Assembly (NCBI GenBank): GCA_017629895.1
Contig: JAGBWF010000051.1
Coordinates: 1 to 32,093, forward strand
Origin: Clostridia bacterium
GTDB lineage: Bacteria; Bacillota; Clostridia; Oscillospirales; CAG-382
DNA length: 32,093 nucleotides
Direction of reading: 5' to 3'
Shown in pieces: positions 31,908-32,093 of this stretch; position 1 is the first letter of the stretch; each line of letters starts with the position of its first letter. Below the pieces are notes generated by a model, which was not told the DNA's origin, searched no databases, and saw nothing but the letters and a program-made list of their open reading frames with translations. The position numbers and the translations under genes were made by a program.

Positions 31908-32093
31908 AAATATACCTCCGTTTTTTCAAGAAAAAGAAACCAACAGATTGTTGATAGAAATGTTTATTTTTCTTGCCTTTTTGATTTAGGATTCGACATT
32001 TTCCACCGAAATATCTAATGCGTACATTATATAATCCGAAAGTCTATTTGTCAAGACATTATTGATATTATATATAATTTGTACATTATATAA

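Overview
A 32-kb stretch of mostly core-type genes, probably from a spore-forming Clostridia/Oscillospiraceae-like bacterium (inferred from sigmaA promoters, GGAGG SDs, spoIID-spoIIQ, rny-ymdB and dockerins). It carries a MarR-ABC exporter pair, rbsK with a Gfo/Idh/MocA oxidoreductase, two dockerin-bearing putative cell-wall hydrolases, a SpoIID/LytB operon, a cysteine desulfurase-thiI-cinA operon, rny-ymdB-yajC, an M29 aminopeptidase, a sugar-phosphate isomerase, an Mrp ATPase, tRNA-Gln(CTG), a cystathionine gamma-synthase/lyase, spoIIQ-spoIID, a solitary HfsC/SpoIIE-type phosphatase and a DUF4855-like lipoprotein. I recognise no transposase, integrase, RT, CRISPR or phage gene. The most unusual signal is non-coding: (i) a structured 154-bp module behind tRNA-Gln that re-creates the tRNA 3' end and carries an anti-T-arm; (ii) two genes whose Shine-Dalgarno is separated from the start codon by a fold-out insert (15 nt for thiI; about 184 nt with three tandem repeats for the isomerase); (iii) a hairpin that could silence spoIIQ on spoIID read-through mRNA but not on a sigmaF transcript; (iv) several other REP/MITE-like hairpins. 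All family calls come from motif recognition by eye, not from database searches.
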